DNA of 63,712 nt, filler included, from Perkinsus chesapeaki ATCC PRA-425 (Eukaryota; Protista; Perkinsozoa), in assembly GCA_013115145.1 (NCBI GenBank). It is 6 parts of 6 records of this genome, joined end to end, with 100 filler letters (N's around TTAATTAATTAA, not from the genome) between each part and the next. Parts side by side here need not be neighbours in the genome. Positions count along the whole stretch, not along the records: positions 47,759 to 58,892 come from JAAPAO010000858.1; positions 58,993 to 60,944 come from JAAPAO010001722.1; positions 61,045 to 63,712 come from JAAPAO010001546.1; 3 more parts are not named here. One strand, written 5' to 3'. This document shows, piece after piece, positions 57,623 to 63,712 of the stretch (the stretch's first letter is position 1; every line of letters starts with the position of its first letter). The translations under genes and the position numbers were made by a program. Under the pieces are notes generated by a model that saw nothing but the letters and a program-made list of their open reading frames with translations, had not been told where the DNA came from and ran no database searches.

Positions 57623-58892
57623 TTTAAATGACGCTATTATGTCGCCAACTGCAGATCATGCCTACTTTTTGTACTTCGAATAGCATACAGCAAGTGTACA
57701 TAATTATGACTTTGCACAGAATAAGAGAGGAGGTTTAATACATAGTTCACCTGGCCCTCATATCCACGAACTCCAGCCGTGGAGAGTTGCCATCGCCAAT
57801 TGCCAACGGCAATACGTTACTTGCATGCCGTCTGCCGATGTCCCTCTCGCAACCGACATGCACGTAACGTATGTTTATCCTTGAACATTGTAGATTTTAC
57901 CGTCTAATTCGAGAAATCATACTATGACACCACCTTCACTTGCTGGCGGTGACTTCCTTTTGTAAAGAGGGCCTGCTTTAGAGACGGGTAGCTCGGAAAA
58001 GTGGAATAAAGTGGGATACGTGCAGTGTGTTCTATAATAATTCATTGCTAAGAAAATTATCTTTATTTACTATTAATAAACGCTGCGTTGAGAGCCAGTT
58101 GCGCAATCCTTTGTCAGTTAGCATGCCGCGTTGGGCTTCCAGTATCAGCCCAGCGACCATATCTTCCGATGAACCAACTGCTTATCGATAATTCAACCAA
58201 ACAACAATAATTTCCCACATGCCGACCACCTCACTGACCGTTGAGTTATAAACCGGAAGCTTGATATCTTTGTTGCGTTGATTGGACGTCTAATTAAATA
58301 GCATCGCGCTCTCAAAGGTACGGTCTCAGATGTTGGCTAAGCTCGTGTTAGTAGGGCCCCTTGCCTAAGGTAAGTTGCCTTGTAAACTAAACAGTATGTG
58401 AATCTGTTGTCTCGAGGAGAACACCTCCTCTGCGGGTCGGATGCTTGGCTGACCCATCCAGGCTGGGTGAGCAGTCCAGTTAATGTGTTGTAAATAACGT
58501 ATTTCACACTACAGTATTTTCACCACCAGAGTGTGGTACTAAAGCTCAGTACCAGCTCAGGCACGGAAGAGCATTCGCCATTTCCCTATAGTTTACCTAG
58601 TTATTCACATAACTAGGAATTTCGATGATGCATAACGCATTCAGAATCTGAATTTCAGATGAATTCTATTACGGTGGCGGTCATTTATTCAGCAGTACCC
58701 TCGCCTGGTTAGCAAGATCTCTATTAAGTAGATGAAGTAGATGTAATGTTAAGGATTATCTCTATTATGTAACTTTTCTAACTCAACACAGGTTGACTAA
58801 ATAGATAACTTTGCACCATTCGGAGATCCGGCGAGTACCGACCCGTTGAAGTGACGGAGGGAAGTACTTTGAGTAACAGTTTCAGCAATTCC

Positions 58893-58992
58893 NNNNNNNN
58901 NNNNNNNNNNNNNNNNNNNNNNNNNNNNNNNNNNNNTTAATTAATTAANNNNNNNNNNNNNNNNNNNNNNNNNNNNNNNNNNNNNNNNNNNN
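58893..58992. other. Artificial assembly spacer
   Basis: 44 N + TTAATTAATTAA + 44 N. Confidence 0.97.
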
Positions 58993-59395
58993 TCTCAGAA
59001 CCTTCAACAGTCATAATAAACTGGTAAGGACGACTCGGCATTGCCTTGACAGTAACTTGACCGTCTTTGGCAACAATCATATCCTCCCTGGTGGTGATAG
59101 ATCCATCCTCCATACCGGGTAGGGTGAGGCCGTAGGTCTCCATTGCCATCGACTTCCCACAGGGAGCAGGGTTCCCATGGACATCCTTCACATCTTTGTT
59201 ACATACTGTCCTAGTTAAAAGATGCATGCGCATGTTAACTGGCTTAAACGCCGAGGCTTGGTCAGGGAAACCAAGGAGTATGCTGAATATGAAACAGAGC
59301 ATTGTTAAAATGAGAATCACTGATAGCCAGAGATCATCGCATCGAAACTGTATAAGTGATCTCAGCAAGAATGTCTTATGAGGCTGTAGTGACAC
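58993..59395 (-). CDS. 5' part of a hypothetical, possibly secreted protein, truncated at the spacer
   Basis: Hydrophobic stretch (MLCFIFSILLGFPDQASA) then open frame CNKDVKDVHGNPAPCGKSMAMETYGLTLPG... running into the N gap. Confidence 0.4.
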
Positions 59396-59661
59396 AAGAC
59401 CGGTTCTGCCCGTTAGTCCACTTCGCTCGCCTTTAGCTACATCTTAGGCAAAAAGCGTGTATGCTGAGAATTCCCCAATTCATGTGCCGTTGGAGGTCTC
59501 CTTGACGAGCGGATAATGGCAATGTGTTGATACCTAGCAAGGACGTTTGCGAGGCTCAGTTTTAAAAATAAATGAACATGGTAGCGCTTTGTAGGAGATT
59601 CACAGCCTGTGAAGCATGGTTAGCAGTGGATCACAGGTGACCATGCAGCGCAGATCTGGCG

Positions 59662-60342
59662 AGGTGTACTCATTAACGATTACCTCAAGGATATGTTACC
59701 TAGTCAAAATGAGTATATTCTCCAAGCTGCAGAGCCAAACTCCTCGTCAGTAGTGAGTAATTGAAAAATTTGTGCAAAATCGGTGCGACACATTCTTAGA
59801 AACCACAGCTTAAAAATGCACGCAAATTCATGTTTTTGTTAGGGAAGTATATTGAAGCAGATAATTCAGACCTAATCACATACACCATTGGAAATCTCAT
59901 CCTTTATTGACTATATGACATGGGTTTCGTAGTCTAGCTCCGCGTTAATGAGACACGCTTGGCCGTTGAAGCAAAAGTATCCCGACAGCTGCCATTTTTA
60001 GCTGTGAAAGTCCATTTTTGGCGATCACAACGCATAAGGTCCGTGACAGGAAGCATGCTCTAGAGCTACGCTACGAAACTCATAGCATTTAGTGAAGAAA
60101 GGGTAAGCTTTCCGATGGTGTATGTGATTAGGTCTGGATTATCTGCGTTAATATACTTACCTAACAAAAACGTCAATTTTGCGTGCATTTTTAAGCTGCG
60201 GTTTCTAAGAATGTGTCGCACCGATTTTGCACAAATTTTTCAATTACTCACTACTGACAAGGAGTTTGGCCCTGAAGCTTGGAGAATATACTCATTTTGA
60301 CTAGGTAACATATCCTTGAGGTAATCGTTGATGAGTACACCT
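59662..60342. mobile_element. Foldback/MITE with ~235-bp terminal inverted repeats
   Basis: 59662-~59897 is the reverse complement of ~60106-60342 (AGGTGTACTCATTAACG... / ...CGTTGATGAGTACACCT) with scattered mismatches. A second inner inverted pair lies at 59924-59940 / 60063-60079. No coding capacity. Confidence 0.85.
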
Positions 60343-60944
60343 TAGTTGTTCTCAAACCCTTAAAGAACACGAGTTGATAAGAATTTGACGCGCGGTGTAT
60401 ACTTAGAGGTTTTTATTATTGTTCTTGTTGCTCGGCAGGGTTCCCCAAACCAGGAAGAAGCTTCGAGTATTTCCGGGGAAACACGAAGCACAGTGTGCAA
60501 TATTCGTACAAATTCACGAATAACTAATGTCGAGCGAGTTGGCGACCCGTCAGGACCCATCAACTCGGAGTTGCGGGGTATTGTGAAATGCAGCAACTCT
60601 TCAGCGTTACGTTGACTCAGGAAACTGTTTTTAGGACAGACTTGCTATCTCTTGAGTCTCTCAAGTTGAGAGTGTTACCGCGTCAGTGACGCGGCGTCAC
60701 CTCACGTGGCTCACGTGGCCAGCATGGCAGGAGTCTAGCTGCTGGACGTTCCAGTCTGGACTGAGGTCGGCCTTCAGTAGATCATTGGCCCACCTACAGC
60801 TCGCGATGCAGGTCTTGCCGCAAGACAAACCAGGTTTGTCCACAAAACCGTAAGTGCCCTGGGATAAAAATAATTTCAGACGAAATTTCACGAAATTTCA
60901 TGATATTTCATGAAACGCACACATTAGAGCACGGACCGCGCTAT

Positions 60945-61044
60945 NNNNNNNNNNNNNNNNNNNNNNNNNNNNNNNNNNNNNNNNNNNNTTAATTAATTAA
61001 NNNNNNNNNNNNNNNNNNNNNNNNNNNNNNNNNNNNNNNNNNNN
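60945..61044. other. Artificial assembly spacer
   Basis: 44 N + TTAATTAATTAA + 44 N. Confidence 0.97.
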
Positions 61045-61708
61045 GATGAGAATTAGTAAGAGTTATCATTGGCTCAGTCCTCCCTATTGAGTTAGTAATG
61101 TCTAATACCCGTGAACAAGTAAGCTCTCCAATAGAATCAACTCCGCTCTTCGTCTTTCTCCGGGCAACGATCGCATATAAGGTATAAATTTTACAGAAGA
61201 CATCCTGAAGTGGTCGGTCATGTGGTCTACCCTAATACTCCAACTTCGCGGTCCTACATCACGATTAATCATGACGATATCACTAATCTATCTTGCGGAG
61301 GTTTTCGAGGATCGTATTCCTTAGGATTCATAGGAATCTATTTCGTTCTCGTTTAAAAACAACCTTATCAATCGTGAAGCCGTGGAAAAGTTTTCTTTTG
61401 TGGTGGGCCACGTGGTCTACGGTAGACCAGACTTGTTTTCCCCCCAATATGTATCTATAAAGAGCGCGTTTGAAATAACTTAAAGGAGGAAGAGAAAGAG
61501 ATGAGAGATGTATGTCCTTCTTCCTTGAGTTTTCTCTTGCGACTCCTCGGCAAAATTTTGGCCACAACGGCGCTTGGGTGGCGCGGGTACGTACACACGC
61601 GCCGTCGTGTGCCCTCATACACATCAGCTCCCGGGTGCGCATCGTTATTCTGCGCTACGTGCAACGAGTTGCCTTTCAGAGTGCTTTCATAAACACAATC
61701 TTACTACT

Positions 61709-61936
61709 ATGTCTGGTATCATATGGAAGATACTGTTGGCAGGATTCGTGCTCGGTGTCGCAATCGACGGGAGAACTCCAGAAGAAGCAGATGTTTTCTG
61801 CAAAAAGGTGGCAGATGGTCTTGGCAATTGGTGTGATCCTCAGTGCAAGGACACAGCCAAATGCGGCGGAGGAAAGTCCAGACGGTGCTACTGTGAGCCT
61901 TCCTGTTGGGCCCTTGGCAAAGCTCATAGCTGCTAA
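61709..61936 (+). CDS. Secreted 8-Cys peptide, defensin-like (CSalphabeta) spacing, 75 aa
   Basis: ATG at 61709: MSGIIWKILLAGFVLGVAIDG/RTPEEADVFCKKVADGLGNWCDPQCKDTAKCGGGKSRRCYCEPSCWALGKAHSC*. Signal peptide plus C-x10-C-x3-C-x5-C-x7-C-x-C-x3-C-x8-C. Confidence 0.7.
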   Translation: MSGIIWKILLAGFVLGVAIDGRTPEEADVFCKKVADGLGNWCDPQCKDTAKCGGGKSRRCYCEPSCWALGKAHSC

Positions 61937-62572
61937 AGGTCTCCCGTAAATGCTGGGGTATCTTCCGGGATTGATATATGCGCCTTGTGTTCGAAGGTAT
62001 TGCGCTGCCCCATCACGCAATTGTGATCATACTTCGATCCCATTTCTTTTTCCGCTTGATTATTGTCTACTCTAATTGTGGAGTAGATTAGGGCAGTCTT
62101 GTCCATATCATGAGTATCTCTTATTATTGATCGAGGAAAGGTTCTCTTGCAACAGTTCTGACTATCGAGCTTTGTTGATCTAGGAACAGCAGTTTCTAGT
62201 GACCTGAGTATCCTTGAGTTTACAGTGATGGGCGTAGACTGAGCGATACGATAACATACCCCCTTCACCTTATGAAGTTATCGTCCTTGAAATGCTCGGG
62301 AGCGCTATAGTTTTGCCGTGCTGTGGGCATAACAGGGACATATTCGAAGAAGTTATAAAATACCAAGGTTCATAACGCGCAGCAAAGCGAGTCCGGCTTA
62401 AGGGACGGCAATGCGGTCACTCCACGAATGCCACATCACAGTCAGTAACCCGGAGAGATTATCCAATGTTTATTCTTGGTCCGTGCACGCATGCCCTCTT
62501 GTGACCTCGAACTTAACGCACACGTTCAGTTCGAAGGCTGACTTATGTAGAGGTTCCCATTGATTTATACCT

Positions 62573-62872
62573 TTGCAGGCTTTTACTATGATATCCTACC
62601 TCATACTGCTCCTACCATTAGTTCAAGGAGGACCGGTATCTAGCAGGGTTCCTCGAAATACATATTACGCGGATGCAATACTGCCATCTCTTTCAAGCAT
62701 CGTAAACTTCCAGCCTCATGACAGTCACGATGCTGTCTTTCTTGCAGTGATCTACAAGTTCATGTATCAAGGAAGAAGTATGACGTCGACCCCACTGTAC
62801 CAAAATTTTATAGTTGCATGTTTCTTCATTTCCCTTTATTTCTCTTCTTTTTCGCAATGGAAATTACAATAG
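62573..62872 (+). CDS. Hypothetical protein with a signal-peptide-like start (probably spliced)
   Basis: MISYLILLLPLVQG followed by an open frame. No family recognised. Confidence 0.3.
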   Translation: MQAFTMISYLILLLPLVQGGPVSSRVPRNTYYADAILPSLSSIVNFQPHDSHDAVFLAVIYKFMYQGRSMTSTPLYQNFIVACFFISLYFSSFSQWKLQ

Positions 62873-63712
62873 AAGAGAGAATCGCTATTTCTCTTTCCTC
62901 CGGCCACCCTGTTGTACGGCAATAGTTAGTTCGATATATCTTTACATTCTCACAGCTCAACTTTCCTTGGTTGTCGCGATCTCGAAAAGTCGCGAAAAAA
63001 ACTTTTCTGAAAACTTTTCCAACTTTTCTGAAAGTTGCCGCGGAGACGGCAACTGGAGACACCATAGTGCAGGAAGTACCATTGAATAACCTTGAGTTCA
63101 CGCTGCTGCATTGTTATTAAATTGACCTGGTAAATTATCAAAAATTTGGTCATATCATTAAACGTTTGCGTAATTTGTTAGAAGCATGGGTAATGTTTTA
63201 AAAAAATGGGTAAATTATTAGAAATCCGGGTAAATAATTAACTTGACCTGGAAATGCTGTAGTAGTGGCCAATCGTGCTAACTCGCGTCATTTTGTAGGA
63301 CCCTAACTCCAAGGCATTGTTCCTTGTAACGTATGCGGAAAGAGCGTTGTGATAGTAAATGCGTCGTGTTTGTATTTGATGTTAGTGACCAATCCCTTGT
63401 CTCTCCTACATCAGTCGTGTATGCCACCAGGCTTCGTCAGTGCACGTTGTTTGCGTTCAACCTTGTCTCACGAGTTGCCAGTGTAAACTTGGAACACAAA
63501 CACAAGATAGGGAGCAACAACTTTCACATCACACGTGCAGATAAGCATACAATAACAGGGCGACAAGCAGATAAAGCGCTAGGAGCTTGGCCGGACTACT
63601 GAAGGAATGCCGGCGAGCCCAACGAGTCATCGTGAAGAGTGAAACCGGCGATTTTCGAGAGGCGCGACCAATCGTCCGGATGCCACATCCTTCGATGCTT
63701 TGGGTATCTCAC

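Overview
Eukaryotic, intron-rich sequence with short GT-AG introns, most consistent with a Perkinsus-like alveolate (inference from the intron style and an alveolate/SAR-type Rab1A). Five artificial 100-nt spacers (44 N + TTAATTAATTAA + 44 N) split the window into six contigs, so linkage across them is unproven. Contents in order: a tandem ankyrin-repeat gene cluster; a type II membrane protein with four FN3 domains; two intronless tetraspanin-like genes; a NudC/CS-domain protein; a two-dsRBD protein; a PAN/apple protein; a partial RAD51 with an antisense intronic tRNA-Ile(AAT); hAT-like remnants; a four-exon secreted histidine-brace (LPMO-like) gene that the ORF track misses; a REV1-like BRCT gene whose intron holds a young 6.4-kb LTR retrotransposon; a Pho87/91-like transporter; an aspartic protease tail; NTF2; a DHHC palmitoyltransferase; Rab1A; a foldback MITE; and a defensin-like secreted peptide. 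Best leads: (1) the LPMO-like gene, (2) the LTR element with BEL/Pao-type integrase, RRM-like Gag tail, -1 frameshift signal and TA...CA termini, (3) the apparently polymerase-less REV1, (4) the CSalphabeta defensin-like peptide. All alignments, splice models and repeat comparisons were done by eye; no searches were run.
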